DNA of 64,000 bases from the human T2T-CHM13v2.0 reference genome, Homo sapiens: the NCBI RefSeq assembly GCF_009914755.1, contig NC_060948.1; one strand, written 5' to 3'. Numbering within the stretch: position 1 is the first letter of the stretch; each line of letters starts with the position of its first letter. A program made the position numbers and the translations under genes. Of this stretch, positions 1 through 13,600 are shown piece after piece. The notes beneath the pieces are model-generated. The model saw only the letters and a program-made list of their open reading frames with translations. It was not told the origin of the DNA and did not search any database.

Positions 1-2060
1 TGGAAGGCAAAGGAATGGAATCTATTGGAATGGACTGTAATGGAATGGAATGGAAGGGATTGGAATGGACTCGAATGGAATGGACTGCAATAGAAAGGAT
101 TCGAATGGAATGAAAAAGAATTGAATGGAATAGAACAGAATGGAATCAAATCGAATGAAATGGAATGGAATAGAAAGGAATGGAATGAAATGGAATGGAA
201 AGGATTCGAATGGAATGCAATCGAATGGAATGGATTCGAACGGAATGGAATAAAATGGAAGAAAACTGGCAAGAAATGGAATCGAAATGAATGGAGTGTT
301 ATGGAACGGACTCAAAAGGAATTGAATGTAATAGAATGGAGTGGAGTGGACTCGAATATAATGGACTGGAATGGAATGAAATCACATGGAATGGGAACGA
401 ATGGAATGGAATGGAAAGGAATGGAATCGAATGGAAAGGAATCGAATGGAAGGGAATGAAATTGAATCAACAGGAATGGAAGGGAATAGAATAGACGGTA
501 ATGGAATGGACTCGAATAGAATGGACACGAATGCTCAAATTGAATGGACTCGAATGGAATGGAAACGAAAGGAATGTCATCGAATGGAATTGAATCGATT
601 GGAATGAAATCGCATAGAATGGAGTGGAATCAAATGGAATTGAAACGAAAGGAAAGGAAGCGAATGGACTGAAATGAAATGGAATGGAATTGAATGGAAA
701 GTAATGCAATGGAATAGAATGGAACGAAATTTCACGGAATGGAATCAAACTGAATGGAATCAAATCAATGGAATCCAATCAAATGGAATGGAGTAGATTG
801 GATTGGATGGGATTGGAATGAAATGTACTGGAAAGGACTCGAATTTCATGAAACGGAATGGAATGAATTGGAACGGAATGGACTCGAATGGAATGGAATG
901 TCATGGAATGGCATCAAATGGAATGGCATCAAATGGAATGGAATCGAATGCAATGGAATGGTATGGAATGGAATGGAATGCATTGGAATGGAATGTCCTC
1001 TAATGGAATGGATTCGAGTGGAATGGAATCGAATATAATGGAGTCGAATGAAATGGAATTGAAAGGAATGGGATCGAATACAATGGAATATACTGGAATG
1101 TAATGTAATGAACTCGAATATAATTGACTGGAATGGAATGTACATGAATGGAATGTAATCGAATGGAAAGTAATCCAATGGAATAGAATCTAATGCAATA
1201 AAATCGACTCAGATAGAGTAGAATGTAATGGAATGGAGTGCAGTGCAATGGAATGGAATGGAATGGAATGCAATGGAATGGAATGGAATGGAATGGAATG
1301 GAATGGAATGGGATGGAATGGGATGGAATGGTATGGAATGGATGGTAATGGACTGGAGTGAAATGGACTGGAAAGGAATGGACTCAAATTGAAAGGGCTG
1401 GAAAGGAATGGAGTCAAATGGAATGGTCTGGAATGGAATGAACACGAAAGTAATGCAATCCAATAGAATGGAATCGAATGGCATGGAATATAATGAAAAG
1501 GAATCGAAGAGAATGGAAACAAATGGAATGGAATTGAATGGAATGGAATTGAATGGAATGGGAACGAATGGAGTGAAATTGTATGCAGTAGAAGGGAATA
1601 GAATGGAATGCAAGCGAAAGGAAAGGAATGGATTGGAATGGAATGGAATTCATTGGAATGGAAGGGAATGTAGTGTAATGGACAGGCCTGGAATAAAGTG
1701 GAATGCTACGGTCTCGAATGGAATAAAAATGTATGGAATGGAATGCAATGAAACGGAATCGAATGTCATAGAATGTAATGGAATGCAAAAAAATGGAATC
1801 CAAAATCATTGACTGGAAAGGCTGGGTGTCGAAAGGAATTGACTCCAATGGAATGGAATCGAATGGAATGGAAGTGAATAGAATCGAACTAAATCGAATG
1901 GAATGGAATTGATAGGAACGGAATGGAAAGGAATGCAATGATTTGGCACGGAATGGAATCGAATGGCATCGAACGGAATGGAATGGAATGCAATTGAATG
2001 GAACGTATTAGAATGTAATGAACTTTAATGGAATGTACTCGAATGGATTCGACTGGAATG

Positions 2061-2073
2061 GAATGTTCTGGAA
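2061..2073. promoter_or_regulatory. Perfect heat-shock element motif GAAtgTTCtgGAA (HSE-A; recurs in most units)
   Basis: Exact match to GAAnnTTCnnGAA; function inferred, not shown. Confidence 0.45.
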
Positions 2074-2340
2074 GTGAATGGACTCCAATGGAATGGATTC
2101 AAAAGGAATGGAATCGTACGGAATGGAATCTAATGGAATGGAATTAAATGGAAATGAATCAAATTGAATAGCATGGAATTGAATTGAATGGAATCGAATG
2201 CAATGGAATCTAATGAAACAGAAAGGAAAGGAATGGAATGGAATGGAATGGGCTGGAATGGAAAGGAATCGAAACGAATGGAATGGAATCGAACTGACGA
2301 GACTGGAATGGAATGCACTGGAATGGAAGGGAGTGTAATG

Positions 2341-2353
2341 GAAGGTTCTCGAA
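2341..2353. promoter_or_regulatory. Perfect heat-shock element motif GAAggTTCtcGAA (HSE-B; intact in all 18 units)
   Basis: Exact match to GAAnnTTCnnGAA; function inferred, not shown. Confidence 0.5.
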
Positions 2354-3366
2354 AAAAATGGAATGGAATGGAATGGAATTGAATGGAACGGAATAGAGTC
2401 GAATGGAATTGAATGGAATGGAATGGACTAGAGTGAAATGGAATCGAACCACAAGGAATGGAGAGGAATAGAATGGTCTCGAATTGAATGGAATCGTATG
2501 GAATGGCATCAAACGGAATGGAATGGACAGCCACGGAATGGAATGCACTCGAATGCAATGGAGTCGAAACTAATGGACTGGAATAGAATGGATTCGACTG
2601 GTACGGACTCCAATGGAATGGAATCGAATGGAAGGGAATCGAACGGAATGGACCCGAAGGGAAAAGACTGCAATGGAAAGGTCTCGAATGGAATGGAAAT
2701 TAATGGAATGGAATGGAATCGAATGAAATGGAGTCAAAAGGAATGGAATCGAATGGCAAGAAATCGAATGTAATGGAATCGCAAGGAATTGATGTGAACG
2801 GAACGGAATGGAATGGAATCCAAAGGAATGGAATAGAATGGAATGGAATCGAATGGAAAGGACTCGAGTGGAAATCACTCGAATAGAATGCAATTTAATA
2901 AAATAGGATCAAATGTATTGGAATGGAATGGAAAGGAATCGAAACGAAAGGAATGGAGACAGATGGAATGGAATGGAACAGAGAGCAATGGTATAGAATG
3001 GAATGGAATCATCTGGAATGGAATTGAATGGAATGGAATAATATGAAATGGAATGGAATGGAATGGAATGGAATGCAATGGAATTAAATGGACTGGAATG
3101 GAATGGACTCGAACAGAGTGGAATGGAAAGTGTTGAGATAGAATGGAATAGACTCGTTTGGAATGGTCTAGTATGCAATGCAATCGACTGGCAGGGAATC
3201 AAAAGGAATGTAATGGAATGGATTGGACTGGAATGCAATGGACTCGAATAGATTGGAAACGGAATGCAAAGGAATGGAATGGAATAGTATGGAATGGAAT
3301 GGAAAGGAATGGAGTGGAATAGACTAGAGTGGAATGGAATGGACTTGAAAGCAATAGACTGGAATG

Positions 3367-3379
3367 GAACTTTCTTGAA
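3367..3379. promoter_or_regulatory. Perfect heat-shock element motif GAActTTCttGAA (HSE-C; recurs in most units)
   Basis: Exact match to GAAnnTTCnnGAA; function inferred, not shown. Confidence 0.45.
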
Positions 3380-3554
3380 TGGACTGGAATCAAACGGAAT
3401 GGAATGCAATGCAATCAAATGGCATGGAATAAAATAGAATGAAAGAGAATCAAATGGAATTGAATCGAATGGAATCGAATGGATTGGAAAGGAATAGAAT
3501 GGAATGGAATGGAATTGACTCAAATGGAATGGACTAGAATGGAATGGATTCGAA

Positions 3555-6500
3555 TGGAAGGCAAAGGAATGGAATCTATTGGAATGGACTGTAATGGAAT
3601 GGAATGGAAGGGATTGGAATGGACTCGAATGGAATGGACTGCAATAGAAAGGATTCGAATGGAATGAAAAAGAATTGAATGGAATAGAACAGAATGGAAT
3701 CAAATCGAATGAAATGGAATGGAATAGAAAGGAATGGAATGAAATGGAATGGAAAGGATTCGAATGGAATGCAATCGAATGGAATGGAATCGAACGGAAT
3801 GGAATAAAATGGAAGAAAACTGGCAAGAAATGGAATCGAAATGAATGGAGTGTTATGGAACGGACTCAAAAGGAATTGAATGTAATAGAATGGAGTGGAG
3901 TGGACTCGAATATAATGGACTGGAATGGAATGAAATCACATGGAATGGGAACGAATGGAATGGAATGGAAAGGAATGGAATCGAATGGAAAGGAATCGAA
4001 TGGAAGGGAATGAAATTGAATCAACAGGAATGGAAGGGAATAGAATAGACGGTAATGGAATGGACTCGAATAGAATGGACACGAATGCTCAAATTGAATG
4101 GACTCGAATGGAATGGAAACGAAAGGAATGTCATCGAATGGAATTGAATCGATTGGAATGAAATCGCATAGAATGGAGTGGAATCAAATGGAATTGAATC
4201 GAAAGGAAATGAAGCGAATGGACTGAAATGAAATGGACTGGAATTGAATGGAAAGTTATGTAATAGAATAGAATGGAACGAAATTTCACGGAATGGAATC
4301 AAACTGAATGGAATCAAATCAATGGAATCAAATCAAATGGAATGGAAAGGAATTGAATGGAGTAGATTGGATTGGATGGGATTGGAATGAAATGTAGTGG
4401 AAAGGACTCGAATTTCATGAAACGGAATGCAATGAATTGGAACGGAAAGGACTCGATTGGAATGGAATGTCATGGAATGGCATCAAATGGAATGGCATCA
4501 AATGGAATGGAATCGAATGCAATGGAATGCTATGGAATGGAATGGAATGCATTGGAATGGAATGTCCTCTAATGGAATGGATTCGAGTGGAATGGAATCG
4601 AATATAATGGAGTCGAATGAAATGGAATTGAAAGGAATGGGATCGAATACAATGGAATATACTGGAATGTAATGTAATGAACTCGAATGTAATTGACTGG
4701 AATGGAATGTACATGAATGGAATGTAATCGAATGGAAAGTAATCCAATGGAATAGAATCTAATGCAATAAAATCGACTCAGATAGAGTAGAATGTAATGG
4801 AATGGAGTGCAGTGCCATGGAATGGAATGGAATGGAATGCAATGGAATGGAATGGAATGCAATGGAATGGAATGGAATGGGATGGAATGGGATGGAATGG
4901 TGTGGAATGGATAGTAATGGACTGGAGTGAAATGGACTGGAAAGGAATGGACTCAAATTGAAAGGGCTCGAAAGGAATGGAGTCAAATGGAATGGTCTGG
5001 ATTGGAATGAACACGAATGTAATGCAATCCAATAGAATGGAATCGAATGGCATGGAATATAAAGAAATGGAATCGAAGAGAATGGAAACAAATGGAATGG
5101 AATTGAATGGAATGGAATTGAATGGAATGGGAACGAATGGAGTGAAATTGTATGCAGTAGAAGAGAATAGAATGGAATGCAAGCGAAAGGAAAGGAATGG
5201 ATTGGAATGGAATGGAATTCATTGGAATGGAAGGGAATGTAGTGTAATGGACAGGCCTGGAATAAAGTGGAATGCTACGGTCTCGAATGGAATAAAAATG
5301 TATGGAATGGAATGCAATGAAACGGAATCGAATGTCATAGAATGTAATGGAATGCAAAAAAATGGAATCCAAAATCATTGACTGGAAAGGCTGGGTGTCG
5401 AAAGGAATTGACTCCAATGGAATGGAATCGAATGGAATGGAAGAGAATAGAATCGAACTAAATCGAATGGAATGGAATTGATAGGAACGGAATGGAAAGG
5501 AATGCAATCATTTGGCATGGAATGGAATCGAATGGCATCGAATGGAATGGAATGGAATGCAATGGAATGGAATGTATTAGAATGTAATGAACTTTAATGG
5601 AATGTACTCGAATGGAATCGACTGGAATGGAATGTTCTGGAAGTGAATGGACTCCAATGGAATGGATTCAAAAGGAATGGAATCGTACGGAATGGAATCT
5701 AATGGAATGGAATTAAATGGAAATGAATGAAACTGAATAGAACGGAATTGAATTGAATGGAATCGAATGCAATGGAATCTAATGAAACGGAAAGGAAAGG
5801 AATGGAATGGAATGGAATGGGCTGGAATGGAAAGGAATCGAAACGAATGGAATGGAATCGAACTGAAGAGACTGGAATGGAATGCACTGGATGGAAGGGA
5901 GTGTAATGGAAGGTTCTCGAAAAAAATGGAATCGAATGGAATGGAATTGAATGGAACGGAATAGAGTCGAATGGAATTGAATGGAATGGAATGGACTAGA
6001 GTGAAATGGAATCGAACCACAAGGAATGGACAGGAATAGAACGGTCTCGAATTGAATGGAATCGTATGGAATGGCATCAAACGGAATGGAATGGACAGCC
6101 ACGGAATGGAATGCACTCGAATGCAATGGAGTCGAAACTAATGGACTGGAATAGAATGGACTCGACTGGTACGGACTCCAATGGAATGGAATCGAATGGA
6201 AGGGAATCGAACGGAATGGACTCGAAGGGAAAAGACTGCAATGGAAAGGTCTCGAATGGAATGGAAATTAATGGAATGGAATGGAATCGAATGAAATGGA
6301 GTCAAAAGGAATGGAATCGAATGGCAAGAAAACGAATGTAATGGAATCGCAAGGAATTGATGTGAACGGAACGGAATGGAATGGAATCCAAAGGAATGGA
6401 ATAGAATGGAATGGAATCGAATGGAAAGGACTCGAATGGAAATCACTCGAATAGAATGCAATTTAATAAAATAGGACCAAATGTAATGGAATGGAATGGA

Positions 6501-7117
6501 AAGGAATCGAAACGAAAGGAATGGAGACAGATGGAATGGAATGGAACAGAGAGCAATGGTATAGAATGGAATGGAATCATCTGGAATGGAATTGAATGGA
6601 ATGGAATAACATGAAATGGACTGGAATGGAATGGAATGCCCTTGAATTAAATGGACTGGAATGGAATGGACTCGAACAGAGTGGAATGGAAAGTGTTGAA
6701 ATAGAATGGAATGGACTGGTTTGGAATGGTCTAGTATGCAATGCAATCGACTGGCAGGGAATCAAAAGGAATGTAATCGAATGGATTGGACTGGAATGCA
6801 ATGGACTCGAATAGATTGGAAACGGAATGCAAAGGAATGGAATGGAATAGTATGGAATGGAATGGAAAGGAATGGAGTGGAATAGACTAGAGTGGAATGG
6901 AATGGACTCGAAAGCAATGGACTGGAATGGAACTTTCTTGAATGGACTGGAATCAAACGGAATGGAATGCAATGCAATCAAATGGCATGGAATAAAATAG
7001 AATGAAAGAGAATCAAATGGAATTGAATCGAATGGAATCGAATGGATTGGAAAGGAATAGAATGGAATGGAATGGAATTGACTCAAATGGAATGGACTAG
7101 AATGGAATGGATTCGAA
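3555..7117 (+). repeat. DYZ1 unit 2 (3563 bp)
   Basis: Anchor recurrence; GGCC 5254; private 1-bp deletion near 5890 (CACTGGATGG). Confidence 0.9.
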
Positions 7118-10100
7118 TGGAAGGCAAAGGAATGGAATCTATTGGAATGGACTGTAATGGAATGCAATGGAAGGGATTGGAATGGACTCGAATGGAATGG
7201 ACTGCAATAGAAAGGATTCGAATGGAATGAAAAAGAATTGAATGGAATAGAACAGAATGGAATCAAATCGAATGAAATGGAATGGAATAGAAAGGAATGG
7301 AATGAAATGGAATGGAAAGGATTCGAATGGAATGCAATCGAATGGAATGGAATCGAACGCAATGGAATAAAATGGAAGAAAACTGGCAAGAAATGGAATC
7401 GAAATGAATGGAGTGTTATGGAACGGACTCAAAAGGAATTGAATGTAATAGAATGGAGTGGAGTGGACTCGAATATAATGGACTGGAATGGAATGAAATC
7501 ACATGGAATGGGAACGAATGGAATGGAATGGAAAGGAATGGAATCGAATGGAAAGGAATCGAATGGAAGGGAATGAAATTGAATCAACAGGAATGGAAGG
7601 GAATAGAATAGACGGTAATGGAATGGACTCGAATAGAATGGACACAAATGCTCAAATTGAATGGACTCGAATGGAATGGAAACGAAAGGAATGTCATCGA
7701 ATGGAATTGAATCGATTGGAATGAAATAGCATAGAATGGAGTGGAATCAAATGGAATTGAATCGAAAGGAAAGGAAGCGAATGGACTGAAATGAAATGGA
7801 ATGGAATTGAATGGAAAGTTATGTAATGGAATAGAATGGAACGAAATTTCACAGGATGCAATCAAACTGAATGGAATCAAATCAATGGAATCAAATCAAA
7901 TGGAATGGAAAGGAATTGAATGGAGTAGATTGGATTGGATGGGATTGGAATGAAATGTACTGGAAAGGACTCGAATTTCATGAAACGGAATGGAATGAAT
8001 TGGAACGGAACGGACTCGAATGGAATGGAATGTCATGGAATGGCATCAAATGGAATGGCATCAAATGGAATGGAATCGAATGCAATGGAGTGCTATGGAA
8101 TGGAATGGAATGCATTGGAATGGAATGTCCTCTAATGGAATGGATTCGAGTGGAATGGAATCGAATATAATGGAGTCGAATGAAATGGAATTGAAAGGAA
8201 TGGGATCGAATACAATGGAATATACTGGAATGTAATGTAATGAACTCGAATGTAATTGACTGGAATGGAATGTATATGAATGGAATGTAATTGAATGGAA
8301 AGTAATCCAATGGAATAGAATCTAATGCAATAAAATCGACTCAGATAGAGTAGAATGTAATGGAATGGAGTGCAGTGCAATGGAATGGAATGGAATGGAA
8401 TGCAATGGAATGGAATGGAATGGAATGGAATGGAATTTAATGGAATGGGATGGAATGGTATGGAATGGATAGTAATGGACTGGAGTGAAATGGACTGGAA
8501 AGGAATGGACTCAAATTGAAAGGGCTCGAAAGGAATGGAGTCAAATGGAATGGTCTGGAATGGAATGAACACGAATGTAATGCAATCCAATAGAATGGAA
8601 TCGAATGGCATGGAATATAAAGAAATGGAATCGAAGAGAATGGAAACAAATGGAATGGAATTGAATGGAATGGAATTGAATGGAATGGGAACGAATGGAG
8701 TGAAATTGTATGCAGTAGAAGGGAATAGAATGGAATGCAAGCGAAAGGAAAGGAATGGATTGGAATGGAATGGAATTCATTGGAATGGAAGGGAATGTAG
8801 TGTAATGGACAGGCCTGGAATAAAGTGGAATGCTACGGTCTCGAATGGAATAAAAATGTATGGAATGGAATGCAATGAAACGGAATCGAATGTCATAGAA
8901 TGTAATGGAATGCAAAAAAATGGAATCCAAAATCATTGACAGGAAAGGCTGGGTGTCGAAAGGAATTGACTCCAATGGAATGGAATCGAATGGAATGGAA
9001 GTGAATAGAATCGAACTAAATCGAATGGAATGGAATTGATAGGAACGGAATGGAAAGGAATGCAATGATTTGGCATGGAATGGAATCGAATGGCATCGAA
9101 TGGAATGGAATGGAATGCAATGGAATGGAATGTATTAGAATGTAATGAACTTTAATGGAATGTACTCGAATGGATTCGACTGGAATGGAATGTTCTGGAA
9201 GTGAATGGACTCCAATGGAATGGATTCAAAAGGAATGGAATCGTACGGAATGGAATCTAATGGAATGGAATTAAATGGAAATGAATCAAATTGAATAGCA
9301 CGGAATTGAATTGAATGGAATGGAATGCAATGGAATCTAATGAAACGGAAAGGAAAGGAATGGAATGGAATGGAATGGGCTGGAATGGAAAGGAATCGAA
9401 ACGAATGGAATGGAATCGAACTGAAGAGACTGGAATGGAATGCACTGGAATGGAAGGGAGTGTAATGGAAGGTTCTCGAAAAAAATGGAATCGAATGGAA
9501 TGGAATTGAATGGAACGGAATAGAGTCGAATGGAATTGAATGGAATGGAATGGACTAGAGTGAAATGGAATCGAACCACAAGGAATGGACAGGAATAGAA
9601 TGGTCTCGAATTGAATGGAATCGTATGGAATGGCATCAAACGGAATGGAATGGACAGCCACGGAATGGAATGCACTCGAATGCAATGGAGTCGAAACTAA
9701 TGGACTGGAATAGAATGGACTCGACTGGTACGGACTCCAATGGAATGGAATCGAATGGAAGGGAATCGAACGGAATGGACTCGAAGGGAAAAGACTGCAA
9801 TGGAAAGGTCTCGAATGGAATGGAAATTAATGGAATGGAATGGAATCGAATGAAATGGAGTCAAAAGGAATGGAATCGAATGGCAAGAAATCGAATGTAA
9901 TGGAATCGCAAGGAATTGATGTGAACGGAACGGAATGGAATGGAATCCAAAGGAATGGAATAGAATGGAATGGAATCGAATGGAAAGGACTCGAATGGAA
10001 ATCACTCGAATAGAATGCAATTTAATAAAATAGGATCAAATGTAATGGAATGGAATGGAAAGGAATCGAAACGAAAGGAATGGAGACAGATGGAATGGAA

Positions 10101-10680
10101 TGGAACAGAGAGCAATGGTATAGAATGGAATGGAATCATCTGGAATGGAATTGAATGGAATGGAATAATATGAAATGGAATGGAATGGAATGGAATGGAA
10201 TGCCCTTGAATTAAATGGACTGGAATGGAATGGACTCGAACAGAGTGGAATGGAAAGTGTTGAGATAGAATGGAATGGACTCCTTTGGAATGGTGTAGTA
10301 TGCAATGCAATCGACTGGCAGGGAATCAAAAGGAATGTAATGGAATGGACTGGACTGGAATGCAATGGACTCGAATAGATTGGAAACGGAATGCAAAGGA
10401 ATGGAATGGAATAGTATGGAATGGAATGGAAAGGAATGGAGTGGAATAGACTAGAGTGGAATGGAATGGACTGGAAAGCAATGGACTGGAATGGAACTTT
10501 CTTGAATGGACTGGAATCAAACGGAATGGAATGCAATGCAATCAAATGGCATGGAATAAAATAGAATGAAGAAAATGAAATGGAATTGAATCGAATGGAA
10601 TCGAATGGATTGGAAAGGAATAGAATGGAATGGAATGGAATTGACTCAAATGGAATGGACTAGAATGGAATGGATTCGAA
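7118..10680 (+). repeat. DYZ1 unit 3 (3563 bp)
   Basis: Anchor recurrence; GGCC 8812; 1-bp deletion near 10570. Confidence 0.9.
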
Positions 10681-13600
10681 TGGAAGGCAAAGGAATGGAA
10701 TCTATTGGAATGGACTGTAATGGAATGGAATGGAAGGGATTGGAATGGACTCGAATGGAATGGACTGCAATAGAAAGGATTCGAATGGAATGAAAAAGAA
10801 TTGAATGGAATAGAACAGAATGGAATCAAATCGAATGAAATGGAATGGAATAGAAAGGAATGGAATGAAATGGAATGGAAAGGATTCGAATGGAATGCAA
10901 TCGAATGGAATGGAATCGAACGGAATGGAATAAAATGGAAGAAAACTGGCAAGAAATGGAATCGAAATGAATGGAGTGTTATGGAACGGACTCAAAAGGA
11001 ATTGAATGTAATAGAATGGAGTGGAGTGGACTCGAATATAATGGACTGGAATGGAATGAAATCACATGGAATGGGAACGAATGGAATGGAATGGAAAGGA
11101 ATGGAATCGAATGGAAAGGAATCGAATAGAAGGGAATGAAATTGAATCAACAGGAATGGAAGGGAATAGAATAGACGGTAATGGAATGGACTCGAATTGA
11201 ATGGACACGAATGCTGAAATTGAATGGACTCGAATGGAATGGAAACGAAAGGAATGTCATCGAATGGAATTGAATCGATTGGAATGAAATCGCATAGAAT
11301 GGAGTGGAATCAAATGGAATTGAATCGAAAGGAAAGGAAGCGAATGGACTGAAACGAAATGGAATGGAATTGAATGGAAAGTAATGCAATGGAATAGAAT
11401 GGAACGAAATTTCACGGAATGGAATCAAACTGAATGGAATCAAATCAATGGAATCTAATCAAATGGAATGGAAAGGAACTGAATGGAGTAGATTGGATTG
11501 GATGGGATTGGAATGAAATGTACTGGAAAGGACTCGAATTTCATGAAACGGAATGGAATGAATTGGAACGGAATGGACTCGAATGGAATGGAATGTCATG
11601 GAATGGCATCAAATGGAATGGCATCAAATGGAATGGAATCGAATGCAATGGAATGCTATGGAATGGAATGGAATGCATTGGAATGGAATGTCCTCTAATG
11701 GAATGGATTCGAGTGGAATGGCATCGAATATAACGGAGTCGAATGAAATGGAATTGAAAAGAATGGGATCGAATACAATGGAATATACTGGAATGTAATG
11801 TAATGAACTCGAATGTAATTGACTGGAATGGAATGTACATGAATGGAATGTAATCGAATGGAAAGTAATCCAATGGAATAGAATCTAATGCAATAAAATC
11901 GACTCAGATAGAGTAGAATGTAATGGAATGGAGTGCAGTGCAATGGAATGGAATGGAATGGAATGCAATGGAATGGAATGGAATGGAATGGAATGGAATT
12001 TAATGGAATGGGATGGAATGGTATGGAATGGATAGTAATGGACTGGAGTGAAATGGACTGGAAAGGAATGGACTCAAATTGAAAGGGCTCGAAAGGAATG
12101 GAGTCAAATGGAATGGTCTGGAATGGAATGAACACGAATGTAATGCAATCCAATAGAATGGAATCGAATGGCATGGAATATAAAGAAATGGAATCGAAGA
12201 GAATGGAAACAAATGGAATGGAATTGAATGGAATGGAATTGAATGGAATGGGAACGAATGGAGTGAAATTGTATGCAGTAGAAGGGAATAGAATGGAATG
12301 CAAGCGAAAGGAAAGGAATGGATTGGAATGGAATGGAATTCATTGGAATGGAAGGGAATGTAGTGTAATGGACAGGCCTGGAATAAAGTGGAATGCTACG
12401 GTCTCGAATGGAATAAAAATGTATGGAATGGAATGCAATGAAACGGAATCGAATGTCATAGAATGTAATGGAATGCAAAAAAATGGAATCCAAAATCATT
12501 GACAGGAAAGGCTGGGTGTCGAAAGGAATTGACTCCAATGGAATGGAATCGAATGGAATGGAAGTGAATAGAATCGAACTAAATCGAATGGAATGGAATT
12601 GATAGGAACGGAATGGAAAGGAATGCAATGATTTGGCATGGAATGGAATCGAATGGCATCGAATGGAATGGAATGGAATGCAATGGAATGGAATGTATTA
12701 GAATGTAATGAACTTTAATGGAATGTACTCGAATGGATTCGACTGGAATGGAATGTTCTGGAAGTGAATGGACTCCAATGGAATGGATTCAAAAGGAATG
12801 GAATCGTACGGAATGGAATCTAATGGAATGGAATTAAATGGAAATGAATCAAATTGAATAGCACGGAATTGAATTGAATGGAATGGAATGCAATGGAATC
12901 TAATGAAACGGAAAGGAAAGGAATGGAATGGAATGGAATGGGCTGGAATGGAAAGGAATCGAAACGAATGGAATGGAATCGAACTGAAGAGACTGGAATG
13001 GAATGCACTGGAATGGAAGGGAGTGTAATGGAAGGTTCTCGAAAAAAATGGAATCGAATGGAATGGAATTGAATGGAACGGAATAGAGTCGAATGGAATT
13101 GAATGGAATGGAATGGACTAGAGTGAAATGGAATCGAACCACAAGGAATGGACAGGAATAGAATGGTCTCGAATTGAATGGAATCGTATGGAATGGCATC
13201 AAACGGAATGGAATGGACAGCCACGGAATGGAATGCACTCGAATGCAATGGAGTCGAAACTAATGGACTGGAATAGAATGGACTCGACTGGTACGGACTC
13301 CAATGGAATGGAATCGAATGGAAGGGAATCGAACGGAATGGACTCGAAGGGAAAAGACTGCAATGGAAAGGTCTCGAATGGAATGGAAATTAATGGAATG
13401 GAATGGAATCGAATGAAATGGAGTCAAAAGGAATGGAATCGAATGGCAAGAAATCGAATGTAATGGAATCGCAAGGAATTGATGTGAACGGAACGGAATG
13501 GAATGGAATCCAAAGGAATGGAATAGAATGGAATGGAATCGAATGGAAAGGACTCGAATGGAAATCACTCGAATAGAATGCAATTTAATAAAATAGGATC

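Larger units (their letters stand above)
1..3554 (+). repeat. DYZ1 unit 1 (3554 bp; boundary set arbitrarily at TGGAAGGCAAAGG)
   Basis: Anchor TGGAAGGCAAAGG at 1 and 3555; EcoRI 1646-1651; StuI/HaeIII 1684-1689; 15-bp deletion near 790. Confidence 0.9.

Noticed and set aside
726-852. Further HSE-like motifs GAAATTTCACGGA (~726) and GAATTTCATGAA (841)
   Set aside because: Only two correctly spaced units or off-by-one spacing; not counted as perfect HSEs.
1197-2902. AATAAA hexamers and CCAAT/ATTGG motifs in each unit
   Set aside because: Readily produced by one or two substitutions of GGAAT pentamers; no supporting gene context.
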